DNA of 64,000 nt from a virus: the IMG/VR virus record IMGVR_UViG_3300027704_000014, positions 20,916 through 84,915 of that record, one strand, 5' to 3'. This document shows, one piece after another, positions 17,825-26,842 of this stretch. How positions within the stretch are numbered: position 1 is the first letter of the stretch; the number at the start of each line of letters is the position of its first letter. The translations under genes were made by a program, and so were the position numbers. The notes below the pieces were generated by a model that was given only the letters and a program-made list of their open reading frames with translations, had not been told where the DNA came from and did no database searches.

Positions 17825-18342
17825 TACAACCCTTTAAGTATGGTATCAACGGTGTTTTCCGTAACGTGTAACGCATTGTAAGGGCAGCTGTTAGCGTTTA
17901 GCACAGCTACTATGTCTTTGTCTATCTGTTGACTGTGTGCTTTGTCCTGTGCTCTACCAACGTCATCGAACTGGTCTCTGCGTTTAAGTACTACGTTGAT
18001 GTTGTCATATAAGTTATAACATTCTAATGCTAGTTTATCCATAACGTCTGTGTACATAGGACCGTCGTATACATTACGATACACAATACTAAGCAACACA
18101 GGGCTGTCTGTAATAATGTAATCTACTTTGTCTTTGAGTCTTACTAGTTTGCGGTGTTGATGTGCTAGTACCCATAGTTGGTCTTTGAGCATAGGTACAT
18201 TACCTTCCCAAACACATTCCTTAGCAAATTCAGTTACTAGTTCAACACTATAACCTTGTGCTTTCATTTTGTAAAACAAGCCTGATGCTTGAGTGCTCTT
18301 GCCTGAGCCAGGACCGCCATAAAAGTTTATTACTTTAGTCAC
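17824..18342 (-). CDS. P-loop nucleotide kinase-like (NadR/AAA_28 type)
   Basis: GGPGSGKST, EFAKE, IITDSP, GR.Q. Confidence 0.8.
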   Translation of the reverse strand: MTKVINFYGGPGSGKSTQASGLFYKMKAQGYSVELVTEFAKECVWEGNVPMLKDQLWVLAHQHRKLVRLKDKVDYIITDSPVLLSIVYRNVYDGPMYTDVMDKLALECYNLYDNINVVLKRRDQFDDVGRAQDKAHSQQIDKDIVAVLNANSCPYNALHVTENTVDTILKGL

Positions 18343-18754
18343 TTAATGTTCTTCCTCTGTTATGTTCGTAGGGTGTAGAATCAACTAGTAAGGCATCCAT
18401 GCTCTTGTGATGAGGTGCTGGCTTTCCATCATTACCTAAGTTAACAAATACTAATTTATTAATTGTGGTAATAATCTGCTTAGTTTTTTTATTACGCACT
18501 ATGCAATTAATTGTTATACTTGTTCTTCCCATAGCAATAGTATCCATCCCAATCTCAACTATGTCGCCTCTAACAGCCGTAGAAACAAATTGAATGTCAG
18601 TCATACTAGCAGTAACAATACGATCATTGCCTAACTGACAAGTACAATATATGTATGCTTCTTCATCTATCCAATCAAGTACTCTGCCTCCAAATAATGT
18701 TGCATTAGAGTTTAAGTCTTTGTGCGTAACCATCTTCCTTGTAAAGTATTTCAT
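18335..18754 (-). CDS. acyl-CoA thioesterase (hotdog fold)
   Basis: DLNSNATLFGGRVLDWIDE, GRTSI, FVNLGNDGKP. Confidence 0.9.
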   Translation of the reverse strand: MKYFTRKMVTHKDLNSNATLFGGRVLDWIDEEAYIYCTCQLGNDRIVTASMTDIQFVSTAVRGDIVEIGMDTIAMGRTSITINCIVRNKKTKQIITTINKLVFVNLGNDGKPAPHHKSMDALLVDSTPYEHNRGRTLSD

Positions 18755-19416
18755 TTATATCCTATCTGCATAAATCTACTGTACACTGGTATCTTTAGTT
18801 CTCCGGCATACAAAGTTCTTTTTAAAGGATAGCGTTCTTGCATATCCTCGACACTAGAGCAAGTGTTTATATGATCGTCGTACTCGTCTGAGTTATTAGT
18901 TTGCATAATAATTAATTGATCATTACCCACACTGTCAAACCAGTCGTTGTTCATATGTTCACAGCTCGTGTTTATTATAGCATAAGGTTTTACAGAAATC
19001 AACTCCCCTTCTGTGATAAATTCCATATTCTGGCAATTAAGTTCATTTACATCAGCAACTATACCTTTGAACTTCCAGCCCGGTAAGTATTGCCTGTTAA
19101 GATATTCAGCTAGTTCAATACTTTTAGGGTCCATGTCAAAACCATAGATTCTATCTATAGGTATAGCTCTGTGTAATAGAGGAACTAATGCTCCTACCCA
19201 GCAACCTAGTATAGCCCATGTTTGGTAAGACTGTATACTAGTATTAGCAAGTGTGTGCAATAGCCATGCTTTGCTTACTAGTTGCCCTATGCTGAATGCA
19301 TCCTTAGGGTACTTGTTCGTGTTTACTTCGTGTATAAGTGTAGGCGGAATATTAACACCACAGTCATCTAACCAGTGGTGTACGCTATCCCAATCACTAA
19401 GTGTTATCTTGTTCAT
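18751..19416 (-). CDS. class I SAM-dependent methyltransferase-like protein
   Basis: AILGCWVG glycine loop, GFDMDP, ADVN, INTSCEHM. Confidence 0.65.
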   Translation of the reverse strand: MNKITLSDWDSVHHWLDDCGVNIPPTLIHEVNTNKYPKDAFSIGQLVSKAWLLHTLANTSIQSYQTWAILGCWVGALVPLLHRAIPIDRIYGFDMDPKSIELAEYLNRQYLPGWKFKGIVADVNELNCQNMEFITEGELISVKPYAIINTSCEHMNNDWFDSVGNDQLIIMQTNNSDEYDDHINTCSSVEDMQERYPLKRTLYAGELKIPVYSRFMQIGYK

Positions 19417-22400
19417 ATTGTATTTTTAGCCAATCAAAGTTATTAATGTTTAATAGCACTTCCGCATTATCCTTGTTCTCTTTTGCAAACGCCACCGCTT
19501 GTTCTGCACCTGCTTTTGCGTCATCTTTAAAGTCTGCATCTGGGTTAGGGTTTAGCCATGCATCTAAACGCTCTTTGCTTTCTATATCATCGTTGAGTGA
19601 TAGTTTAACGCACTCCCTAAACGCACTACGCCACGCACTGTAAGCGTCTGTGTTGAATCTTGTGTAGCAACTAAGCTCAGGTATAGCCTTAAATCTACTA
19701 CTTAGTCCTGTTGTAAAGTCTAGTCCCCATGTAGTTGCATCTCTAACCATTTGCGTTGGGAATAGTTTAACACCGCCGTAACCGTATTCAAGTCCGTTAA
19801 TTAAGTTCATACTGTTCCATACATGAACTACTTCTTCGTCATATACATCTGGCATGTATGAAAAGTCAAAACTGTCTAATACATCAGCATCGCCATCAAC
19901 TACCCAAAACATATTACTAGTAACACGGTTACTAGCATGCTGGTGAGCATTAAATATGCCGTCTATATCTTTAATCCATATTAGGTTAGGTTTACGTTTG
20001 GATACTGTAGCAAGTTCACTTACCCGTTGCTGTAACTTCTCAAAACGTTCTGCTGCTTTAGGTTCATTGTAACTTAAAAATATAATGTCAAACATTTCTG
20101 TGATACTTCCTTGTTCACGAACGTACTGTACGTTCTTAATTTTGTTTAATTGTAAATCTGCTGTGGTTAACTTACTATAGTCTCCGTTAGTAGGCCATAG
20201 TCTAAGTCCACCATATCCGTGTGTTTGACCTGTTAAATCATTTACTTTCTGCCAGCAATGTATCTTGTTTATGTCTGCTACTTTAGGTGAGAATCCTAGT
20301 TTAGTAGGCGTTGCTTGTACGTCTGTATCTGTGTTTGGATTCACACTCCACACAAACGGCACTGGTTCGCCTGTTTCATACCCGTCTCTATAACTTTCTA
20401 GTTCGTCTAAGAAGTCGTCTCTATTGTAACTGTCTAGTCTAATGATTGGCCACTTAGGACGTAAACTTGCTTCCACAGTCATTAGTTTTAAGTTGCCTAA
20501 ACTGTTGTTTAGTATCTGGTCATCAGTAAATTCCCACTCATCAAATAGGTTTTTAGGCACTAATCTAATGTTCTTATGTTCGCCATCTTCGTTTAAAAAG
20601 ACATGCATAAAGCCTGTATCGTACTGTGTAGGATAGTAATCGAAGTTAAAATCTGGCGATACTTGGGTATGTAAGTCAACAACCCAGAACATACTGGTGT
20701 CTGTAGTTGCACACAAGCGTCTGTAAGCGGCGTCTAGTGTTCCGGTGTAATCTTGTGGGTCTAAAGTATAAACAGGGTACTGTTGCTGTTTACAAGCAGG
20801 CTCGCGGATGAATTTAGGGCGACCTTTTGCGTTAGGTACCTTAGGACATAGTGCAACACCAGCATAATCGTATTGTCTGCCTGTAAGAGGATTAAGTTTT
20901 TGCCATACATGCTTCTTGCCTTTATCCCATACCGGAGGAACGTATGAGAAATCAAACTCTTCTAATACATCTACTTCTGAGTCTATTACCCAGAACCAGT
21001 CTTTGGTTGTGTTTGCTCTGCCTTCTTCTTCAGTGCTATAATGATCAAACACAGGTTTAGTAAAGGGCGATTCTTCATGTATCTTAGTTTCTGCTTCTTC
21101 CCAATTTAACGGTAGCCAGCGAACTCCACCCATTGCTTCTGGATACTTATGTTCAAGTTGCCCGTCTACATGAAATGTGTGTATAAAATTTTTCTCAAAA
21201 TTACTAGGTAACCATTCAATTTCTTCGTCAAGTTGATACTCGCTATCAATTAACCAGCACTGTCCATTTGACTGTGTATAGTCATTAGGGTCAGTAACAA
21301 AGTACATAGGGTAGCGTTTTGCCTTGACAGGAATGTCTGCATGTATTACAACATCCTCATTTCTGTCTACTGGAACCCAGCGAACTCCACCCATTGCTTC
21401 TGGATATTTGTGCTTTAACTGATCAGGAACATGAAATGTGTGTACGTTCTTCATTTCAAATACACTTGGACTCCAATCTATGTCATCATCAATTTGATAT
21501 TCTTTGTCTATGATCCAGCAGTCTTGTGTAACAATACTATAGTCGGTTACATCATCAACAAACAGGATAGGATATTCTTTCTTGTGTTGTTGCATGGAAC
21601 CTTTATACTTTGTAGATGTGTTTTCGTTGTGAGTTTTAGGCACAAGGTATATGCCGCCTTCTTGCTCAGGATACTTATGCTGTAACTGATCATCTACTTT
21701 AAAATTAAGTAAATATTTTTGCTCATCTTTAGTAGGTACATATTTAAATACGTTACTAATAGTGTGTTCTGCATCAACAACCCAGCACATCTTTGTTCTG
21801 CTTTTCTTAATACATGCATCAAAGTTACTCGGCTCTGCTATGTAAAACACATCAAAACGCACAGGTACAGTACTTGCTTGATACTTATGCTTAGTCATAT
21901 CAAAGTTTTTGTTCATTAACCGCACACCGCCACAACGATTATCCCAAGCGTCTGTGTAGTCTGCTGGGTAACGTTCTTCTAAGTGTCCTGGTATTTTAAA
22001 TACGTGAATATACTCTTGTTCGTGTAATGCAGGAACATATAGCAGTTTACCATTAAACTGGAACTCTCTGTCTACTATCCAAAACCATTCAGACTTACTA
22101 CGCTCTGCATACTCGCTGTACGTTTCGGCATTGAAGTCATCGCTATCGATGTAAAATACATCATACGCTTCATCCTCAATTGGACAATCAGGATGTATTT
22201 TAGTTTCTGCTTTTTTATAGTTTTTAGGTACTAGTCTAATACCGCCCATTGCTTGTGGATATTTGTCTTGCAACTGATATGGCATTCTAAATACATGTAG
22301 CATATCATCTTCAAACGGACTAGGTACCCAGTCGACAGTAGAAAAATTTACTGCATGTTGTGCATCTATCATCCATACATAATCTTCCCTAAATGTATTA

Positions 22401-23008
22401 CGTTGAGCATAGTTCTCAACATCTTTAGTATACAGTATAGGATATGTTATATTAGCACCCAAGAATCCATGGAACTTAGTTTTAGCAGTTTTCCAATTCT
22501 TAGGATATAACTTGATGCCACCTTCTTCGGCAGGATATTTGTGTTCTAGTTGTCCACGTAAATGGAATGAATGTATAAAGTTAGGCTCGAAGTTACTAGG
22601 AGCCCAATCAATATCACTGCTTAGTTTATAATCTTTATCTACACACCATACGTGAGTTGCATATTTGTTCTTTTCAAAGTACTTAGCAGGTGTCTTAGTA
22701 TTAAGTATATCAAACTTCTTTTTACATACAACTTTATTTACTTCCTTAATACCATTACTTATATCTGCAGGTAACAAACGTAAACCACCGTAGTTAGTAT
22801 TATCCCATTTCCACACATGTTCGTAATGCTCGTCATGCACATCTGGTCTATAGTCTAATACATCAAAATCATTAAGTTCGATGTTTGGCTCTACAAGCCA
22901 ATACATCTTTGTATTAGAATTTATACTAGTAGTAGAATCTACTTGTTTTGCAAAAGGTAGGTTATCTTTTACTTGTTGGTTTTCACCAATATAGAATATA
23001 TCAAACAT
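19397..23008 (-). CDS. 1203 aa protein of ~11 tandem GT-A-derived units with an intact C-terminal GT-A-like domain
   Basis: Repeating W-x-(I/V)-D...(I/V)H.(F/W)...GG(I/V/L)-x-(L/W)-x-P units; the last unit has DIIFLSYNEP and VVDGDAD, like 47868-48872. Confidence 0.7.
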   Translation of the reverse strand: MFDIFYIGENQQVKDNLPFAKQVDSTTSINSNTKMYWLVEPNIELNDFDVLDYRPDVHDEHYEHVWKWDNTNYGGLRLLPADISNGIKEVNKVVCKKKFDILNTKTPAKYFEKNKYATHVWCVDKDYKLSSDIDWAPSNFEPNFIHSFHLRGQLEHKYPAEEGGIKLYPKNWKTAKTKFHGFLGANITYPILYTKDVENYAQRNTFREDYVWMIDAQHAVNFSTVDWVPSPFEDDMLHVFRMPYQLQDKYPQAMGGIRLVPKNYKKAETKIHPDCPIEDEAYDVFYIDSDDFNAETYSEYAERSKSEWFWIVDREFQFNGKLLYVPALHEQEYIHVFKIPGHLEERYPADYTDAWDNRCGGVRLMNKNFDMTKHKYQASTVPVRFDVFYIAEPSNFDACIKKSRTKMCWVVDAEHTISNVFKYVPTKDEQKYLLNFKVDDQLQHKYPEQEGGIYLVPKTHNENTSTKYKGSMQQHKKEYPILFVDDVTDYSIVTQDCWIIDKEYQIDDDIDWSPSVFEMKNVHTFHVPDQLKHKYPEAMGGVRWVPVDRNEDVVIHADIPVKAKRYPMYFVTDPNDYTQSNGQCWLIDSEYQLDEEIEWLPSNFEKNFIHTFHVDGQLEHKYPEAMGGVRWLPLNWEEAETKIHEESPFTKPVFDHYSTEEEGRANTTKDWFWVIDSEVDVLEEFDFSYVPPVWDKGKKHVWQKLNPLTGRQYDYAGVALCPKVPNAKGRPKFIREPACKQQQYPVYTLDPQDYTGTLDAAYRRLCATTDTSMFWVVDLHTQVSPDFNFDYYPTQYDTGFMHVFLNEDGEHKNIRLVPKNLFDEWEFTDDQILNNSLGNLKLMTVEASLRPKWPIIRLDSYNRDDFLDELESYRDGYETGEPVPFVWSVNPNTDTDVQATPTKLGFSPKVADINKIHCWQKVNDLTGQTHGYGGLRLWPTNGDYSKLTTADLQLNKIKNVQYVREQGSITEMFDIIFLSYNEPKAAERFEKLQQRVSELATVSKRKPNLIWIKDIDGIFNAHQHASNRVTSNMFWVVDGDADVLDSFDFSYMPDVYDEEVVHVWNSMNLINGLEYGYGGVKLFPTQMVRDATTWGLDFTTGLSSRFKAIPELSCYTRFNTDAYSAWRSAFRECVKLSLNDDIESKERLDAWLNPNPDADFKDDAKAGAEQAVAFAKENKDNAEVLLNINNFDWLKIQYEQDNT
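21116..21406. repeat. identical 30-nt direct repeat within the repeat protein gene
   Basis: CCAGCGAACTCCACCCATTGCTTCTGGATA at 21116-21145 and 21377-21406 (261 nt = 87 codons apart). Confidence 0.9.
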
Positions 23009-23010
23009 TA

Positions 23011-24522
23011 CTAATCACTCGTATGGACCGGTACGCCATAATGGAAGGCAAACATCGCGGCGTCCTCCATGTCGTTAACTATGGGCTGGCCTTTAATATT
23101 CAAACTAGTGTTCACCATCATAGGACACCCTGTTGCTTTATAAAACTCTCTGAGTAATGTGTATAAGCCAGGATGTTGATTTAGTGAGACAGTTTGTACT
23201 CTGCTTGTTCCGTCTTTGTGTACAATAGCAGGGTACTCGTCTGGGAATTTGCATCTAGCAACGAACTGCATGTACGGACTAGTTTCAACCGGCATGTCAA
23301 AATACTCGTGTGCGAATTCTTCAAGTATAACAGGAGCAAACGGTCTGAACTCTTGTCTCTTTTTAATTTGATTCATTTGATCTTTTACGTTTGGTCCCCT
23401 AGGGTCAGCACATAATGTTCTGTTGCCTAACGCTCTTGGACCAAACTCTGCTTTACCGTTAGCAATACCAAATAGTTCTCCTGCTAGTAAACTTTTTAAT
23501 GCGGCTTTAACAGGATAAGTACCAGGAATGTTTTTACCTAAGTAAGGACCTTCCCATTTAATTTTTTTACCTGTTTGATTGTAATACTCTAAAGCTGCGG
23601 CACCTAAACTACTTCCAGCATCACCTGGGTTAGGCATTATGTGTACGTTATCGTATCCAACTTCTTTTAATCTACTGTTAGCAACACAGTTAAGAGCAAC
23701 ACCGCCCATGAATACTATGTTGCTACTGTTTGTTAATTCTTTAGCATATTGTGCATACGCAAGTATACGTTCTTCTACTTGCATTTGTGCAGCCATTGCA
23801 ATGTCAAAGTCATCTACACCTTTGTACATTTTAGGGTCCATGCCTTTTTGCAAATTCTTCTTCATCTTAATAGCTTGTGATGGCTTAGTGTATGCCCAAG
23901 TATGCTTGAAAAAGTCTTTGCCCATTTGTCTGCTTAATTTAGATGCTATAATTGGATTACCGTATGCAGCCATTCCCATGAGTATGTATTCATCTTCGTT
24001 TGGTTTTAAACCTACACGATGAGTAACAGCACTATAGAATAATCCTAAACTACTAGGAAACCTTGTACTGTGTAACTTAGTTAACTTCTTGTTTTTCCAA
24101 CCCCAAATAGTTGCACAATCAAATTCGCCAATTGCATCAATAACCATGATAGCACTTTCTTGGAAGTTGCTAGTTAGTATACCGGCGGCCGCATGCGTCT
24201 CGTGGTGCCAGTAACTTTTAATCGGAATGCCGGCTAGTTGTGGATAAAACTCTTTGATCCAATCTTCTTGTGATAGTTCATTGAAACTATTAAAGTCACC
24301 ACTCAGTAATGCTCTAAATTTCTTTGCTTTACTATTCTCATGTAGTACGATTATATCTGGTGTGCCGTGTTCTAGTGCGGCATCAATTAGCTCGTGATTT
24401 AAAAATGGATCATTCTTTTGTTTACTGTAACGTTCAGCATGAGCGGCGAATCTTATTTTGCCTGCTCTAACAACTGTTACAGCCGCATCGTGGAAGCCCG
24501 AGCTTATTCCTAAAATATTCAT
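23011..24522 (-). CDS. O-carbamoyltransferase (NodU/CmcH/TobZ family)
   Basis: HDAA, ERYSKQK, HHETHAA, MGMAAYG, GGVALNCVAN, GDAG, EFGPRALGNR, FRPFAP, VHKDGTSRVQTV, NTSLN. Confidence 0.95.
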   Translation of the reverse strand: MNILGISSGFHDAAVTVVRAGKIRFAAHAERYSKQKNDPFLNHELIDAALEHGTPDIIVLHENSKAKKFRALLSGDFNSFNELSQEDWIKEFYPQLAGIPIKSYWHHETHAAAGILTSNFQESAIMVIDAIGEFDCATIWGWKNKKLTKLHSTRFPSSLGLFYSAVTHRVGLKPNEDEYILMGMAAYGNPIIASKLSRQMGKDFFKHTWAYTKPSQAIKMKKNLQKGMDPKMYKGVDDFDIAMAAQMQVEERILAYAQYAKELTNSSNIVFMGGVALNCVANSRLKEVGYDNVHIMPNPGDAGSSLGAAALEYYNQTGKKIKWEGPYLGKNIPGTYPVKAALKSLLAGELFGIANGKAEFGPRALGNRTLCADPRGPNVKDQMNQIKKRQEFRPFAPVILEEFAHEYFDMPVETSPYMQFVARCKFPDEYPAIVHKDGTSRVQTVSLNQHPGLYTLLREFYKATGCPMMVNTSLNIKGQPIVNDMEDAAMFAFHYGVPVHTSD

Positions 24523-24686
24523 TTGTGTTTAGTCTCTATCTGTCTGTGTTCTAATTCATGCATTATGTGTATTCTGCGTTCTGTTGTTAAGTTTGCCCAC
24601 GCAACGATTTCGTCTAGCGATCGTTTACACCCTTTGCAGAAATTGTTCTCATTTATCCTGCACAGGTTTACACACGGTGATTCCAT
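24519..24686 (-). CDS. DUF1289-like small Cys4 protein, 55 aa
   Basis: Hand translation MESPCVNLCRINENNFCKGCKRSLDEIVAW...; ATGA-coupled to the carbamoyltransferase. Confidence 0.8.
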   Translation of the reverse strand: MESPCVNLCRINENNFCKGCKRSLDEIVAWANLTTERRIHIMHELEHRQIETKHK

Positions 24687-24851
24687 TTATCTGTAAATGA
24701 AAGGATCTCGTCTGCGTAACTCTTCGATGCGTTTCTTTAACTGTGCTTCTTGTTCTGCTTTTACTCTAGCAATTTTTTCATCTGAGGTCTCAGTGCCTGC
24801 TGGAGGATTGCGGTCAGTACCTAGCGAGCCTTCGTGATCGTTGTTTTCCAT
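24687..24851 (-). CDS. small protein ending RRRDPFIYR, 54 aa
   Basis: Hand translation; aaggag RBS. Confidence 0.75.
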   Translation of the reverse strand: MENNDHEGSLGTDRNPPAGTETSDEKIARVKAEQEAQLKKRIEELRRRDPFIYR

Positions 24852-24870
24852 TGTATCTCCTTTGTATGTG

Positions 24871-24877
24871 TATTTAT
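24871..24877 (-). promoter_or_regulatory. T4-late-like promoter (ATAAATA)
   Basis: Overlaps the upstream stop codon, 19 nt before ATG 24851. Confidence 0.5.
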
Positions 24878-26166
24878 TTGAGCTTACCCATAATCTGCTG
24901 TAAGTATGGATGACGTCTAACGATATCCATTATAACACCATTGCCGCCATCTCTATCTACAAATGTTTTCCATGAGCCAGTCATGGGATTAACTAAAGGA
25001 CTATGTGCTGCTTGTTGCGATATTACTTTTTCGTTATTTCCTAAATCTTTAACTATCTGAGGAATATACGGATCATGGAAACACAATTCTAAATAGTTTT
25101 TTAAGTTATGTTCTATTTTACTTTTACACAGTCGTCGTGTAACATCTAGATTTAAATCTAAGTCATTTAAGCGTTTTAATTCGGCTGCTAATGCTTCTGT
25201 TCGCTTCCTAGGACTTGCAATTGAATCAAACGAGTAATCAATTACTTCATCATATAACTCAAATCCATACTTTTTTAAATTTTGGTTTATGTATCGTGGA
25301 CCGTGTATCATAAACAATTTTTGATACACAATAGGCCATACACATTTTTCTGTGCGAAAATGTGTTGTTAGCGAAGTTTCTGAGACAACATCAATAAGAC
25401 AATTAATATATCCTTTCGGTGGTCCAGAGTATATATCCCCTTGTAGCTCTTCTTCACTATCGTATATATGTCTACCGTGACTGTATGTTGTTGCTCCAAT
25501 CTCTTCCATTATTTTGTCGCATTCCGCATGCGGGTCTATCAATGTAAATCTATTTTGATCATTATCAATTAAACCTCTTTTTTGTATTTCATCAAGTAGT
25601 AATAGTCTATGGTGTTTTGCAACACGGTTCTTGAGGAAAAATAAGGCGTCTAGTCTGTGTTTACTAAAGTTGGATATGCCCTCTAAGGCAGGAGCTGCTA
25701 CTTTTGTACCATTCCACACTAAAAAATAAGTTGGCCATATCTGAACATTGTCAAAAAAGTGCTGTTGTAGTAACACTGAATACGGGCCACGTGTATATGT
25801 TGGTTGAGGAGGTAGTTCGCCACAAAGCTCGGCCAACCGGCGAGCTTCCTTGTAAGTTTCTACCTGCTTTAGACCATCCAACGTTATATCAATCTGTGAT
25901 GTTTCTTCTGGAATTAACTTGTAATTGCCAGTAATAATGTCTACCCTGTTACCGTTTTGTTCATTGTGTGCGATTGCTTCGTTCATTACACGTTCAAATT
26001 CAGCAGGATCTTGCCAAAGTTCTACTTCTGTCATCGATGCTTCTTTTGATGCATCAACAATAATATGTGTGTTAGCGTTTTGCATACATATACTAAATAA
26101 TTTAGATACACTGAGAGCATGATTCCATAAATCTAAAACTTTGTATTTGTTATACCTTTTTGTCAT
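24874..26166 (-). CDS. putative GT-B glycosyltransferase, paralog 1 of 4
   Basis: NR..K.HR, VVSET...FRTEK..WPI, GFELYDEVIDYSFD. Confidence 0.6.
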   Translation of the reverse strand: MTKRYNKYKVLDLWNHALSVSKLFSICMQNANTHIIVDASKEASMTEVELWQDPAEFERVMNEAIAHNEQNGNRVDIITGNYKLIPEETSQIDITLDGLKQVETYKEARRLAELCGELPPQPTYTRGPYSVLLQQHFFDNVQIWPTYFLVWNGTKVAAPALEGISNFSKHRLDALFFLKNRVAKHHRLLLLDEIQKRGLIDNDQNRFTLIDPHAECDKIMEEIGATTYSHGRHIYDSEEELQGDIYSGPPKGYINCLIDVVSETSLTTHFRTEKCVWPIVYQKLFMIHGPRYINQNLKKYGFELYDEVIDYSFDSIASPRKRTEALAAELKRLNDLDLNLDVTRRLCKSKIEHNLKNYLELCFHDPYIPQIVKDLGNNEKVISQQAAHSPLVNPMTGSWKTFVDRDGGNGVIMDIVRRHPYLQQIMGKLK

Positions 26167-26185
26167 CGATCGAAAATCCTTATGA

Positions 26186-26210
26186 GATAAATACTGTTTT
26201 AATATTTATC
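26186..26210. promoter_or_regulatory. face-to-face pair of late-type promoters
   Basis: GATAAATA (+, 26186-26193) and its inverse TATTTATC (26203-26210) between divergent genes. Confidence 0.65.
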
Positions 26211-26224
26211 AAAGGAAATACGCA

Positions 26225-26830
26225 TTGAGCTTTAAAACTGTAAGAGAATTCGAAACAGCAATAGCACAGTTTTATGATGCCCCATATGCTGTGGCAGTAG
26301 ATTGCTGCACTCATGCGGTCGAACTTTGCTTACGTTATACTAAGCCAGAAGTCAACATAGGCATACCAACTAATACATATATTAGCATTCCGTTTACATG
26401 TCAAAAACTAGGGCTAAAGTGGCACTGGGTTGAGAACGAATGGGAAGAGTATTATCACATAGATGGCACTGATATAATAGATGCAGCAGTATATCTTAAA
26501 CGTGATGGTTATATTCCACTAAGTTTTATGTGTTTAAGTTTTCAATTTAAAAAGCCATTGAGCTTAGGCCGTGGCGGTGCTATACTGTGTTATAACGAAA
26601 GTGACTACATAGCATTAAAGAAGATGGCATACGATGGACGAGTAGACGATATCGCATGGGCCGAACAAGCAATAGACACAATAGGTTATCATTATTACAT
26701 GACACCTGAAACTGCACAAATGGGGTTGGACAAACTGCCAGAGGTTGCAAATAAAGAATGGCGCAAGTGGAGTTACAAGGACTATCCGTTTTTACCGGAT
26801 GTACCTGTATTCAACACCGGCCATCATTAA
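26225..26830 (+). CDS. short DegT/DnrJ/EryC1/StrS PLP-dependent sugar aminotransferase
   Basis: VREFE..IA.F....YAVAV..CT.A, IIDAA, SFQFKKPLSLGRGGAI, GYHYYM; TTG start with aagga RBS. Confidence 0.8.
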   Translation: MSFKTVREFETAIAQFYDAPYAVAVDCCTHAVELCLRYTKPEVNIGIPTNTYISIPFTCQKLGLKWHWVENEWEEYYHIDGTDIIDAAVYLKRDGYIPLSFMCLSFQFKKPLSLGRGGAILCYNESDYIALKKMAYDGRVDDIAWAEQAIDTIGYHYYMTPETAQMGLDKLPEVANKEWRKWSYKDYPFLPDVPVFNTGHH

Positions 26831-26842
26831 AAAGAGACATAT

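Noticed and set aside
21116-21406. Diversity-generating retroelement TR/VR pair or CRISPR repeat
   Set aside because: Only two in-frame copies inside a protein repeat, no adenine-specific pattern noticed, and no reverse transcriptase or cas gene in the window.
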